NCBI GenBank assembly: GCA_025558095.1
Contig: JAIVFI010000004.1
Span: 682,001-746,000 of the forward strand
Origin: Hyaloraphidium curvatum SAG 235-1
Taxonomy: Eukaryota > Fungi > Monoblepharomycota
Reading direction: 5' to 3'
Length of the DNA stretch: 64,000 nucleotides
The position numbers and the translations under genes are program-made. Below, piece after piece: positions 35,457 through 46,267 of the stretch (the stretch's first letter is position 1; each line of letters begins with the position of its first letter). The notes beneath the pieces are model-generated. The model saw only the letters and a list, made by a program, of their open reading frames with translations, ran no database searches and had not been told where the DNA came from.

Positions 35457-35771
35457 GGAGTCGGAAAGCCAAGCTTCCGGACAGCAGAATCAGGAGTTTT
35501 CAGACGCGGGGCAGGGGCCGCCGGCGCGTGGTAGGCTCGTCGGAGTTTCCGTGCTGGACCCTGGGTGATCGCGAGCGCCCTCACTCCAGAACACGCCCTG
35601 GTCAAAGCTTAGGAAACTGGACCCCAATCATCGATCAAGCAGTGACAAAGATCAAGTAGCTCGATTCTTAGCAACCGACAACCGATCAGGCAGATGGGAT
35701 GACGAAGTCAGCAGCATGGGTGAGGCAACAACCACACAGTCAGGCTCGCAAACTCTCTCGCTGGACGGAAG

Positions 35772-36199
35772 ATGTCAGCTTCGGAGCCTACTCCGCCCTC
35801 TGCATCCGCTCCAGACAACAATCCTGCACCCCCGGAACCTGCACGCGCGACCACCGTCCGCCTGCGCTGCAAGAAATGCCGGTTCGCGCCCCGCGTCCCC
35901 GCCCCGCCATGTCGCCGAACTCACCACCCCGCAGGGCACCGCTCGCGACCTTCCTCCCCCCGGACTCCCACCCCCAGACCCCCTCATGCACCGCGCACTT
36001 CCTCCCCGCCCCCCCGCCGTGGCTCGACGCGTCCGGCGACGCCGGCCGGCTGGACTGCCCGCGCTGCAGGGCGAAGCTGGGGAACTGGAGCTGGAGCGGG
36101 GACCGGTGCGGGTGCGGGGGGTGGGTGAGCCCGTGGTTCGGCGTCGGGAGGGGCAGGGTGGACGCCGAGGCCGGGGAGCAGGGCGGCGGGGGCGAATGA
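35772..36199 (+). CDS. Stand-alone YVH1/DUSP12-type zinc-binding domain protein, no phosphatase domain
   Basis: RCKKCR|..CTAHFL..PWL..GRLDCPRCRAKLGNWSWSGDRCGCGGWVSPWF..GRVD; intron about 35882-35934. Confidence 0.75.
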
Positions 36200-36477
36200 T
36201 TGGGAGGCCTCGTGGATGCGGCTTGCGAAAGGCTGCAGGGCAAGGCTGTTTACTGTGGATGGACGTGACCTGGGCCACGGATCGCTCTATATGGGAGGCT
36301 TTGACGGGAATCACTCAATGGCATGGAACCGTAAAGAACAAGGCATGGGTGGCTAATGTACACGTGCTCCGCGGTATCTTCGTCGCGAACTGTCCGGAAA
36401 TCGTCATAGGAAGCGTCCAAATGGTAGGGTAACCGCAAGATATCCCGGTATCGACGTCTGGGCCTGCGAGGCGGCGG

Positions 36478-37120
36478 CTACTTGGCCTTGGGGGCAAAGA
36501 ACTCGCTCAGCTTCCTCTGCTTGGGGTCCTGCTGCCCCTGCATCCCCTGCAGCTCCTGCTGCGACGCGCCGGCCCCGAAGGCGACGGTCGTGAACCCGGG
36601 CACGCTCTGCTCGCTCGCGATGGGGGCGCCGGAGAAGAAGACCGAGCCCGTGCGCGGGACCTCGGCGGTTTCGACCTCGGCGGGCTCGTCGACGTCCATT
36701 TCCTCGGGGTCGGGGCCGGAGAAGATCGTGCCGGTCTGCGGAGGGCGGGGTGTGAATCACGGTGCGGCGCGAGGTCAGTCCGGCAAGCACCTCGAGCTGG
36801 AAGACGGGATCGGGCTTGCCGCTGGCGTCCTTTTTGACCTGGTAGCCGCCCTGGACGGCTGGCGACCGGCGCGGGGAGACAGGACGCGGAGCGCGCGCGA
36901 GGTGCGAACGGGGAGCGGGCCGACAGACGGCGAGAAGCGCCGAGCCGGCCGGCGGCGAGCGCGGTGGCGCGCGAACAAAATGAAAAAGAACGGGCGACGA
37001 CGGGCGTCAGATGGTGCGGCGGCGCGGGAGGGCGCGATGGCCGGGGTGCCGCGGGCGACGCTGCGCACCTTTGCGGACGCGGAAGCCGAGGCCGCGGAGC
37101 TCGGAGGGCGCGACGCTCAT
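36478..37120 (-). CDS. Spd1/Dif1/Hug1-like (ribonucleotide reductase regulator) small disordered protein with a C-terminal PIP box; 3 exons, 125 aa
   Basis: Exons 37120-37069, 36858-36791 and 36735-36478 splice in frame to MSVAPSELRGLGFRVRKAVQGGYQ... (HUG motif GxRVRKxVxxGY) ending QRKLSEFFAPKAK. Confidence 0.65.
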
Positions 37121-37253
37121 CGTTGCGATGCGGCAGCGGGAGCGGTGGCGATGGCGGGCGAAGCGCGGGCCGAGAGTGGTGGAGGGAAAGGGGAGCTGGT
37201 TTTCGAGGACGCTGCTGGTGGCCGGAGCTGAACTCATCGTCGTCTTCGCAGCT

Positions 37254-38531
37254 TCATTTGGAGCGATCTACATCACGACCGTCCCAGAAAGCATTCGGCA
37301 CGGGCCGCAACCTCGGCGTTTTGCTGCCGAGAATCGCCAGCACCTGATCCATCGCGTCCCCGGGCCGCGGCGGCAGGTACCAAGTGAGGTTCCGCGAGAC
37401 CTCCGCGAGCCTGGCTTCCATGGCCATCGCCCGCCCCTCCGGTATCCCCCGCAGGATCCCCTTCAGCCGCCCCGGGACCAGCGCGTCCCTTTCGGGAATC
37501 CGCACCGAGATCTCGCGCCAGTCGATGGTCTGCCAAAAGGGCAGGACGTACCGGTCCGCGACGATCACGGGGATGCAGCCTGCGTTGACCAGGGTTCCCA
37601 TCCGCTCGGACCACACGTTGAAGCCCCGGATGAAGAGGCAGAACTTGGAATCCAGGAGCTCGCGTGCGTGGAAAGGGTTGGTGCGGCCGAAAAGGATGTC
37701 CCTGTCCCCCTTGAGCATGCCGTACAGGGCCTGGCGCACGCCGCCGCTGTGTATCGTGAGGTTCATGTCGATCGCCCCGCGGAAGACGGCCAGGTAGCGG
37801 CGGTCCCGCCAGGCCGCCCGCGTCCAGGTGCGGTTGCCCTTCTGCCGGAACTCGGTCGCGTTCCACGAGGGGGGCGTCACGCAGATGTCCCGCAGCGGGA
37901 GGAAGCTGGGCATGAAGCCCGGCGGCTCGCTGCCGCCGAACATGGGCAGCGACCCGTCGTCCCCCTGGTTGGCGACCAGCAGCACGTTGTGCCGGAAGGA
38001 CAGCGGCAGCACCGACGCCACCCTGTCCGAGCGCAACACGTGGTACCATGAATCGTGTGCCAGGGCGGTGAAGTGGTCCAGCCCCGCGGAGCGGTTGAAG
38101 TAGGGCCACTCCAGCACGATGCGGCCCACGACCCGCGCGAGGTGGTCCTCGGCGCGCTCCCAGCCCGGCTTGGACCCGTTCCCTTCGAACACGCGCGTGA
38201 CGGCGTGCGGGATGTAGAACCAGTCCGCCTCGCCGGGGTCCCGCGTGATCGCGGGCGAGCTCTCCAGGACGCGGAGGAAGAGCCGCTCGAAGTCGGGCCA
38301 TCGCGGGACCTCGTCCAGCCCGGACGTGAGATTCCCGCCGAGCTCGTAGATGAAAATGCGGGGGAGGCGGGGCGCCCGGTCCGGGTGGCACGGCGGCGGC
38401 GCCGCCAGGAGCGAGTCCGGCGAAGCGAAGAGGGCGACCGCCGACGCCCCCACGAGGACCAGCGCGCCAGCGGCGGCGGCGAGGCTCCAGCCGCGGAGAG
38501 ATATCCAGTCCGACCATCCTTCCGCCCACAT
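37254..38531 (-). CDS. Exostosin-family (GT47) glycosyltransferase, single exon
   Basis: TM anchor; RIFIYEL, RDPGEADWFYIP, WPYFNRSAGLDHF, SKFCLFIRG..WSER, GCIPVIVADRYVLPF. Confidence 0.9.
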   Translation of the reverse strand: MWAEGWSDWISLRGWSLAAAAGALVLVGASAVALFASPDSLLAAPPPCHPDRAPRLPRIFIYELGGNLTSGLDEVPRWPDFERLFLRVLESSPAITRDPGEADWFYIPHAVTRVFEGNGSKPGWERAEDHLARVVGRIVLEWPYFNRSAGLDHFTALAHDSWYHVLRSDRVASVLPLSFRHNVLLVANQGDDGSLPMFGGSEPPGFMPSFLPLRDICVTPPSWNATEFRQKGNRTWTRAAWRDRRYLAVFRGAIDMNLTIHSGGVRQALYGMLKGDRDILFGRTNPFHARELLDSKFCLFIRGFNVWSERMGTLVNAGCIPVIVADRYVLPFWQTIDWREISVRIPERDALVPGRLKGILRGIPEGRAMAMEARLAEVSRNLTWYLPPRPGDAMDQVLAILGSKTPRLRPVPNAFWDGRDVDRSK

Positions 38532-38915
38532 GCCGCGGAACGTAAGCTCGGGACCTGAATGTCGAGTTGGCTTCAGAGACCAAGTCACCAAGGGCGGTGT
38601 ATCCCACAGGGCGCAAAGCATCCGAGCACCTAGCAGCAAGATGGAGGAAGGCGATTCTTTCGTAAGATGGAGGAAAGCTCTTCTTTCTGTCAACGATCGG
38701 CGGGACAATAGAATTTCCAGCAGAGTGACTCCGAAGCCGGCATCGCACCACTGTTTCATTGATCAAGACCCATCAGCGAGTCAGGTTTCCGAGGGAACGC
38801 AACGAGTATACGATTGGGACGGGATGCCGTCAGCCACTGACTCGCCGCGAGGGGCGGCATGGGGCTGAGCTGCGGTCATCACCTCTCGCACCTTCATTTC
38901 ATTCCACAATCCACG

Positions 38916-40995
38916 ATGCCACCCATCGCAGGATCAATGAGGCAGCTTCTGCTGCTCATGGTAACGGCGGCCGTCCTGGCTGCGTTGGCGGCGGCGCCGG
39001 CGGCGGCGCGGGCGGCTGCCGAGGATGCCGCCGCGGGCGAAGGCGCCCTCGAGCGGCGCCAGGCGCCGACGTGCGTGCGCAACCTCGCCGTCGGCCGCAC
39101 GCTGTGCAACATCGTGCGCGCGGGCGCGGCCGGCGCCGCCGAGCTCGGGTCGCCCAACGGGCAGTTCGCGTTCGTGCTCGCCGACGGCAACCCGCGGTTG
39201 CTGCAGCGCGGCGTCGCCGCCGCCCGCTGGAACTCGAACGTCCGCATCGCGCGCCCGACCGGCTGCGCCGCCTTCACCACCGTCTTCCTGGCCGGCGGCG
39301 ACATCGCCCTGCGCTGCCGCGGGGTCACCTACGCAACGGTCGTCGTCAGCAACGCTGGCGCCAGGCCGTCCAGGGCAACGATCTCCAACACGGGCGTCGT
39401 CACCTTCTTCTCGTCGACGGGCCGCTTGCTGCTCACCATAAGGCCGGGTTCCGGCCCGGCGCCGGCGTCCGCCTTTTCCGTCCGCAGAGGTCGGTGCAAT
39501 TCACGGCCCGCGGGCCTCGCCAGCTAACGCGCAACACATCCCATGCAGCTGTTAAGACGACGACCAGGAGAATCGTCAGGACGACGTCCAAGGCAGTCGT
39601 TGCGACGACCAGGCGCGCGACATCGACCTGGACCGCAACGGCGACCCGCGCCGCACCGGCCACCGCGACCCCGCGGGACCCGCTGCTGCACCCGTTCGCG
39701 CACTACAGCATCTGGAACCTGCCTCTGGGCGACCAGGCGCAGATGGTCCCCCTGAACTACGTGCACATGACCTGGTCCGCCGACAACGAGCACCTGTTCC
39801 TCGATTCGACGGCGCCGATGACGCCCATCTGGTACAACAAGGACCAGTGGACGGGCGCAGACCGGTGCTCGATCGATGCCCGGCCGCAGATGATCGACCT
39901 GCCCGTGCACCGCGCCTTCGTCGGAAAGCCCGCGCGGCGGGACTACAGGCCCAACGCGAGCTCCGCCTTCATCATGGCCGACAACCTCACCATCGTCGAG
40001 ATGCAGCCCGTCACGCGGTGCGTCGACGGCGGGCCCATCACGAGCGACTACGTCCTGCCGGGGCGCGGGACCATCCTCGGCGGCGGCCGCAGCGGGTCGC
40101 ACGCCGGATCGGGCCTAAGCGCCCTGGGCGGCAGCCTGCGCACGCACGAGTTTACCAACGTGGGTCGGATGCGGATCGGTTCCGGTTGCGCTTGTTGACA
40201 CCTTCGAACCTGCAGACGACCTACCCCGACTACCCTCGGCACGCGCTCAAGACCTTCATCGACGGGACCGAGCTGTACTACCCGCGCCTCCGCTACCGCT
40301 TCCCCGCCACCACGGGCGACGTCGACGACCGCAAGGGCACCAACCCGCACCTCGCGCCCGGCTCCCTCATCGCCCTCCCCGCCTGGTTCGACATCGAGCG
40401 GCGCCTGAAATCGCCCACGGGCAAGATCCTCGCCAACACGCTGCGCTCCTTCGGCGCCTACGTGGACGACGACGCCGCGAGCGACACGTCGGGGTACAAC
40501 ATCGAGAGCTCGTGGGGCCTGCTCCCCGCCATGCCGGCGACGGGAACCGGCCGGGACTACAACGCGTACACGCCGAGGCAGGGCCACCGCGAGTTCCTGA
40601 ACCACTTCCTGGACTCGTTCAAGCTCTACTGGTTCTCGGACTTTACGATCAACCAGAACTGCACCATCTTCACCCGCCCCGTGCAGCAGCCCACGAGGGC
40701 GTGGTGCGAGGACCTGCTCGACATCACGCGCAACCTGCACGTCGTCGTAAACTGGGACGCCAAGGCCTACTGGGACCTCGTGACCGACCCGGCCAACTAC
40801 AACACGGTCGGCGTGGGCGGCGGCAAGCCGCTGAGCTTCTGGGCCGCGCCGCTGCCCGAGGACCCGCTGCTCAAGCCGTGCCTGGCCCGCGGGGAGACCA
40901 CGTGCCGTTCCCGGGGGCTGACGGTGGACGCGACCAAGGACAGCCCGTGGATGCTGTGCCTGTTCGAGACGCAGCTCAACTGCTACGTCGACTGA
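38916..40995 (+). CDS. Secreted modular protein: bulb-type-lectin-like N-domain, Thr/Arg-rich linker and a bacterial-like uncharacterised domain; 3 exons
   Basis: Signal peptide; LGSPNGQFAFVLADGNPRL..ARWNSN; TTRR linker; RDPLLHPFAHYSIWNLPLG, GSHAGSGLSALGGSLR, PRHALK, LRSFGAYVDDD. Confidence 0.6.
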
Positions 40996-41210
40996 GGCGT
41001 CGGCCGCGATGCGGTTACGAGAGTTGGCGACCAACACCTGGAGTATTGTCTATGCTTGCTTGCTGAATAGACAGCGAGCGCACGTGTCCCGCAGCTTGCA
41101 ATTTCGTCCGTCGCAGTGCGTTCTGCTGCGAACCCGTTGATTGCATGCGCCAGCGCTGTCGGCGACCACCGTCCCGTATCACTCGACACCAAACAACGCT
41201 GGCTCGGGAC

Positions 41211-42119
41211 ATGGCAGCGCCGACGCGGCTCCTCCTGACGCTCCTGGCGTTCGGAGGTGCCGTCTACTTCGTTTCCGGGCGGGGCCAGGCGCTGCCGCCG
41301 GCGCCGTCGGACCTACGGACCGGAACGTCCTTTGACCCCTTCGCCTTCGCCGCGGACCTGTACGCAAAGTACGGCGCCGAAATCACGGCCATGGTGCCCC
41401 GCATGGCCGCCTTCTGCAAGCGGCCCGGGGTCCAGTGCCTCTCCAACGATCTCGAGACGGAAATCGCGTACATGCGCGTGCGGCACTTCAAGCCCAAGAC
41501 GGTCTGGGAGGCCTCGCCGCGCTTCGGCTATTCCACCACGTGGCTGCTCGCCGCGCTGGCAAAGAACGCCGCCGAGGGCAGCCCGGGGCACCTGTGGTCC
41601 TTCGACATCGAGAACGTGTCCGTCCCGCACGTGGACAAGGAGCTTGCCCAGCGATGGACCTTTGTCAAGGGGACCTTCCAAAAGTCCCTGGAGCGATCGC
41701 AGGCGGAAAACTGGCCCCGGCCGGACCTCGTGCACCTGGACTCGCAGCACTCGTTCCAGATGGCGCACTTTTACATTGGCACGCTGTTTCCGTTCCTCCT
41801 CGCGTCGAAGAAACACGTCGCCATGTCGCTCCACGACGTCTACAACCCCATGTTCTGGACGGACTTCGAACCCAACCTCCGCGAGGAGAAGAAGCTGCCC
41901 AGTTGGATGGCGAACGAGGAAGGACAAATAGTCGTGGATTATTTGGCCTATCTTGACCCGCCGGAAAAGTGCAGGCTGTTTACCTTTGCGCAAGAGAGGC
42001 AGAAGGCGCGGCAGACGCGGCTGGTCGACGTGCGGAGGGAGAAGGTGGGAAAGGCGACGCCCTTCGGGGAGACCGGCGTCAACATCGAGTCAACCATTTT
42101 TTGGGAGTTCGGATGCTAG
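41211..42119 (+). CDS. Class I SAM methyltransferase (Methyltransf_24-like) with TM anchor, single exon
   Basis: EIAYMRVRHFKPKTVWEASPRFGYSTTWLL, LWSFDI, DLVHLDSQHS, LHDV. Confidence 0.75.
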   Translation: MAAPTRLLLTLLAFGGAVYFVSGRGQALPPAPSDLRTGTSFDPFAFAADLYAKYGAEITAMVPRMAAFCKRPGVQCLSNDLETEIAYMRVRHFKPKTVWEASPRFGYSTTWLLAALAKNAAEGSPGHLWSFDIENVSVPHVDKELAQRWTFVKGTFQKSLERSQAENWPRPDLVHLDSQHSFQMAHFYIGTLFPFLLASKKHVAMSLHDVYNPMFWTDFEPNLREEKKLPSWMANEEGQIVVDYLAYLDPPEKCRLFTFAQERQKARQTRLVDVRREKVGKATPFGETGVNIESTIFWEFGC

Positions 42120-42217
42120 AAGGAAGGAAGGCTGGCTGCTGCTAGCAGTGAAGGATGGCTAGCAGTGAAGTGTCGTATGATGTATTTGGGGCGCTGATGG
42201 ACCGTGCGCACAGCTGG

Positions 42218-43381
42218 TCAATCTACCTGATCATCACTGAGCTCTTCAAGCAGCTTCACCAGCGAGCTGCTCGAATCACCGGTACTGGTGGCTGGTTTCG
42301 AAACCGGAAGCTCTGTCAGCTCCGCAAGGTCTTTGCAGGGGACGCCGAACTGCTCGGCGCGTGCTCTGTCCAGGCTGCACATGCGCACCATGACGGGTAC
42401 GGCCTGCGGAAGCAGGGTTTCGTCGCCGACCATGATCTGCGGATCGTACATTTGGCTGCCCTTGTGCAGGCCAAGGCAAAGCTTGTCCCCGACCGCCTGC
42501 CTCCACGGCGGCGCGCGGCGCCCCGGCGTGTCCGTTTTTGCACGGCACTCTTCCACCGAACGCGTGACGTAGTGGTGAATTCGGAGCGGGGAATACTCCT
42601 TCCCGTAGGTTTTGATGTCCAGGGGGACCATCCTGCGTCCGCGCACGTCGACGACGGCGTCGGTGCCCTGCAGCATGTGCGCGCCAAAGTAGGTCACCCT
42701 CTCGGGCCGGAAGATCATCTTCCCGCCCGGCACGGTGCGCATGGCCGATTTGCGCTTGCGCTCCACGTAGTTGCACATGGTGAGCGGGCACGGAACCTCC
42801 TTCCCCCCGGCGCCCACGCGCCGCCACGTTTCCGGTTCTCTCGACGGGGCTCGCTCCCGGCCTCCGGTCCCAAAATGGTGGCGATGCACGTAGATCGCTT
42901 CGCAGCCGGTCTCTGCGCGCAGCCGGTCCGCGAAATCGGCGAGCGAATGGAGCCCCAGCCGCGCGTCGAGGAAGAAGAACTCGTCCGGGTCCGTGGCAAC
43001 GACCCATTCCGTCCGATTGCGCAGGGTGAGGCAGTGTTCAAACGCCCACTTCTGCGGCACGGTGACGTTGGGCACCGCGAAGACGGAGACCAGCCCGCGC
43101 GCGACGAGGGGCTGCAGGAGCTCGTGCGAGCCGTCGTCCGAGAAATGATCGTACAGGAAAAAGTGCTCCACGCCGAGCAACGTGTTGTGGGCGATCCATT
43201 CCAGCAGGGCGCGCTCCTCATTGCGGATGTGCGAGCACATCGCGAGCCTGAACGGGCGGTCTGCTGCCCTGGGCGCCGGAAGAGGAGAGGGCTCTCCTGG
43301 TAACTGCGGCGTCCACTTCCACTGCAAGAGAAAAAGCAACGCAAGTCCGAGCACCGGCAACGCAACGCGTGGAACCTTCAT
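42218..43381 (-). CDS. GT92/DUF23-like glycosyltransferase, single exon
   Basis: TM anchor; LAMCSHIRNEERALLEWIAHN..LGVEHFFLYDHFSDDG, WVVATDPDEF, LRIHHYVTRS. Confidence 0.85.
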   Translation of the reverse strand: MKVPRVALPVLGLALLFLLQWKWTPQLPGEPSPLPAPRAADRPFRLAMCSHIRNEERALLEWIAHNTLLGVEHFFLYDHFSDDGSHELLQPLVARGLVSVFAVPNVTVPQKWAFEHCLTLRNRTEWVVATDPDEFFFLDARLGLHSLADFADRLRAETGCEAIYVHRHHFGTGGRERAPSREPETWRRVGAGGKEVPCPLTMCNYVERKRKSAMRTVPGGKMIFRPERVTYFGAHMLQGTDAVVDVRGRRMVPLDIKTYGKEYSPLRIHHYVTRSVEECRAKTDTPGRRAPPWRQAVGDKLCLGLHKGSQMYDPQIMVGDETLLPQAVPVMVRMCSLDRARAEQFGVPCKDLAELTELPVSKPATSTGDSSSSLVKLLEELSDDQVD

Positions 43382-43548
43382 TGATTGTGGGACGGCGGAC
43401 CCCGGCCCGCCTGCAAGCGGTGGCGGCCGACCATCAGGTGGAAATTCCACCTTGATACGGTAGCAACGGAATATACCAAGCAATCATTTGAAGCGCAAGG
43501 TAATGCATTCTGATTGATGGTTCATTCCCAGCAAAATGATGGCCTCCT

Positions 43549-44442
43549 CTAGTTGCCGGTGCGCCTCGCTCGAAAGATAACCGCGCCGAGTCTTCCCCCA
43601 GATCCGCCCAGCTCCCCTTGCGGCTCTCCTCCGGTCCCGATCAGGAGGTCGTTGATCGCGCGCCTCTCGCCTATGCGGGTGATGTCATGCATGAACACGA
43701 TAATGTCACGGGGGTGGCCTCGACCAATGCACTCTTTCGCGTGGTGTGCCGTCCACGCCGCCAGCTCATGCCTCCCAAAGTGTTGAGGCATCGCCCCCGG
43801 GGGAGCATCCAGCAGGTGGACGTCGAAGCACCTCGACGTTATGCGCTTTGGCAGAGCAGCGGCCAGGTGCGCGTGGGTCGGCCTGGCGAGGAAGGTCTCA
43901 AGGTCCGCCACGGTGGACGAGTAGTTGGCAAAGTGGATCGCGTGGGGCATCAGGTGCGGCAGCGCCTCCGCGGTGCGCTTCATCCAGGCATCGTCGTGCT
44001 CGACGAGCACCAGCTCCGACCCCGGGGCCGCGCCGCACCACGCGCGGAACCAAATGTCCGAGTCTTTACCCAGGCCCCAGATAATCACGTTCGCGGGCTT
44101 CGGCTGCGCCACGACGGCGGCAATAGTGCCCGCGATCCACATGCGTTGCGGCGGGTCGAGAATCGCGTCCGCCCTCAGGAGGGTTTCGAGCCACGGAGCG
44201 CAGATGCCCGGCTTTTCGGCAGGCTGCGGCAAGATGGGGTACGTCTTGACGCGAGCCGGGGGGCCCGCCGCGCCCGCCGGCACGGGGTCGGGCTCGTTAT
44301 CGGCCGAAAGGCATGGCGTGAGTTCGTACCGCCGCGCCTCGAGCTCCCTCGGATCGGGCCGCGAGAGCTCGCGAGACACAAGAATGAGTAATAGGAGTGC
44401 CGCTAGAGCGCGTAGGCGGAACAGGTCCGCGGCGGTGCCCAT
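43549..44442 (-). CDS. DUF579 (GXM/IRX15/AGM-like) polysaccharide O-methyltransferase, single exon
   Basis: TM anchor; NVIIWGLGKDSDIW, LVEHDDAW, FDVHLLDAPPG....GR, VFMHDITR.GE reproduce the DUF579 motif order. Confidence 0.75.
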   Translation of the reverse strand: MGTAADLFRLRALAALLLLILVSRELSRPDPRELEARRYELTPCLSADNEPDPVPAGAAGPPARVKTYPILPQPAEKPGICAPWLETLLRADAILDPPQRMWIAGTIAAVVAQPKPANVIIWGLGKDSDIWFRAWCGAAPGSELVLVEHDDAWMKRTAEALPHLMPHAIHFANYSSTVADLETFLARPTHAHLAAALPKRITSRCFDVHLLDAPPGAMPQHFGRHELAAWTAHHAKECIGRGHPRDIIVFMHDITRIGERRAINDLLIGTGGEPQGELGGSGGRLGAVIFRARRTGN

Positions 44443-44503
44443 GACTGAGGAATTCAGAAGCTCGCAGTATACTTTTACGAACCGCCAACTGATCAACAAG
44501 CGC

Positions 44504-46267
44504 CTACTGCTGCAGCGGCTCGATGGTGTAGTTTCCGATTGCAATGATGGCATCATCCCAGAGCTGCATTGACTGCAACTGGGGATCAGAGCCAATCCCG
44601 GTAGCCGGCCGCGAACGAGCCCACCTTCTTGTAGAACTCTGCCTGAGCCGTTGCGTAGTCACCCAAGAACTCCTTGAAATCGGAGCCCTTCAGAGCCTGG
44701 AAAAAGTCGATCTCCTTGGCCACTTCGTCGCCAAAGGCCTGCGAGACTTCGTTGCTCTGCGCAACGGCCTCTTGGAGCTGGCGCCGCGGACGCGTCAGAA
44801 AGTCGCGTTGCCTTACCCACGCGACAGCAAATACCTCGATGATCTTCCGTTCCAGCTTTGCCAGGGTTTCCAGCCTCGCCCTCTCCGGGTCCACGCCCCG
44901 GATCTTCTCGTCGTACTGCCCCCGCACCCAACCCGTCAGCCCGCCCCCCCCTATCCGTCCCGGTATCGAGTACCTATCCCGGTCCGTCATGGTCCGCGTG
45001 AGGTACTCCTGCAAATCCTCGTAGTCCAGCTGCTTCTGGTCCCGCAGCTTAAGAACCTCCCGGACCGACCCGCAGTACGCGAGGTAGACATGGAGCCCAG
45101 TCACGTAGCCAATGTCCTCCTGCAGAGCGCGCTCCTTCAGCGCGGCCGCGCAGCCGCTGAGGGCCTTTCCGAAATCCGCCAGCGGGCCGGCAATCCCCGT
45201 CTCCATCCGGGACAGCTCGGCCACGCACATGCCGAGCTCGGCGAGGTCGCCCTGGAGCTCCCGCTCGCGCCCGACGAGCCGTGCATGGAGCTTCTCCACT
45301 GCAGAAAGATTCTCTTCGAGCTTGTCGAGAGATTCGCGGAAGGCGCCGAAGCGGGGATCGGGCTTCTTGAGCTTCGAGAAGGCGTTGAGGAGGGTATCGG
45401 AAAGGTTTTCAAAGACGGGGTTGGAAGCGAAGGACTTCCTGGCGCCCTCGGCGCGCTGTAACCAAGAGAATGTTGGAAGTCTGCTCAAGACAACGCAGTA
45501 GTTCACTCACGAGGTCGTTGGCCTCGAGAAAGAGCTTCAGCGCCTTCGACGTCTGCAGCGTCGGATGCCGCGCTACTCGCGTCATGTACGTCTGCAGCTG
45601 CGCAGTTCGCCGGGCAATAAATTCGGGCTCGAAGCGGGAACCTGTAATGTAGGACTCTGGCACGGCGAACACTGGGTCGTCAGGCGAACGACGGTTCCAG
45701 CATCGTTGGCACCCACCCATTCGCTGCTTGGCCGGCAGCGGCGGGACGATACAGGCCGGAAACTCCTCCTGCAGCTGCGTGTTGAGCCACACAAAATCCG
45801 TGAAGCGCCGCCGGACCGAGAACTCGGCGCGGTTGTAGTGGTCCAACAGCGTTGTCTGCCGACCCAGTTCACCGTGCGGGTTGATTCCGTGTCAGCAAAG
45901 ACGCGTTGGAAGCAAGTGCCGGACCGAATTCCACCTTGGTATCGACCCTGTACGTCGTGTACGCGTCGGTCCCCTCCCCATGCTTCTGCGCGTCGCCCAC
46001 GGTGATCTTGAGCGCGGAGCTGGCCGCCGGGGCCGGCCGCGCGGCCAGCGACAGCTGAGCGACGTCTGGGGCCGACGCCGAGTCCCGCCGCGAGCGCGAC
46101 GACGGCGTCATGACCGGGGCGGGCGGCGACAGCGGCGACTGTCGGGGCCGGGGTCAGATAGCCGGGGCGGGGTCCGGGCTCCGCAGACGCGCCTTGCCCT
46201 TGCCGCTATCGCCTGGCGGCAGATCGTTCAGCGGGTCCGTCGCCCACGACACTTCCCGGAAGTCCAT
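44504..46267 (-). CDS. SNX4: Sorting nexin 4 (Snx4/Atg24), PX-BAR, multi-exon
   Basis: PX domain VRRRFTDFVWL...FPACIVPPLP.K, RVARHPTL; BAR region LLNAFSKLKKPD, LKLRDQKQLDYEDLQEYL. Confidence 0.9.
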
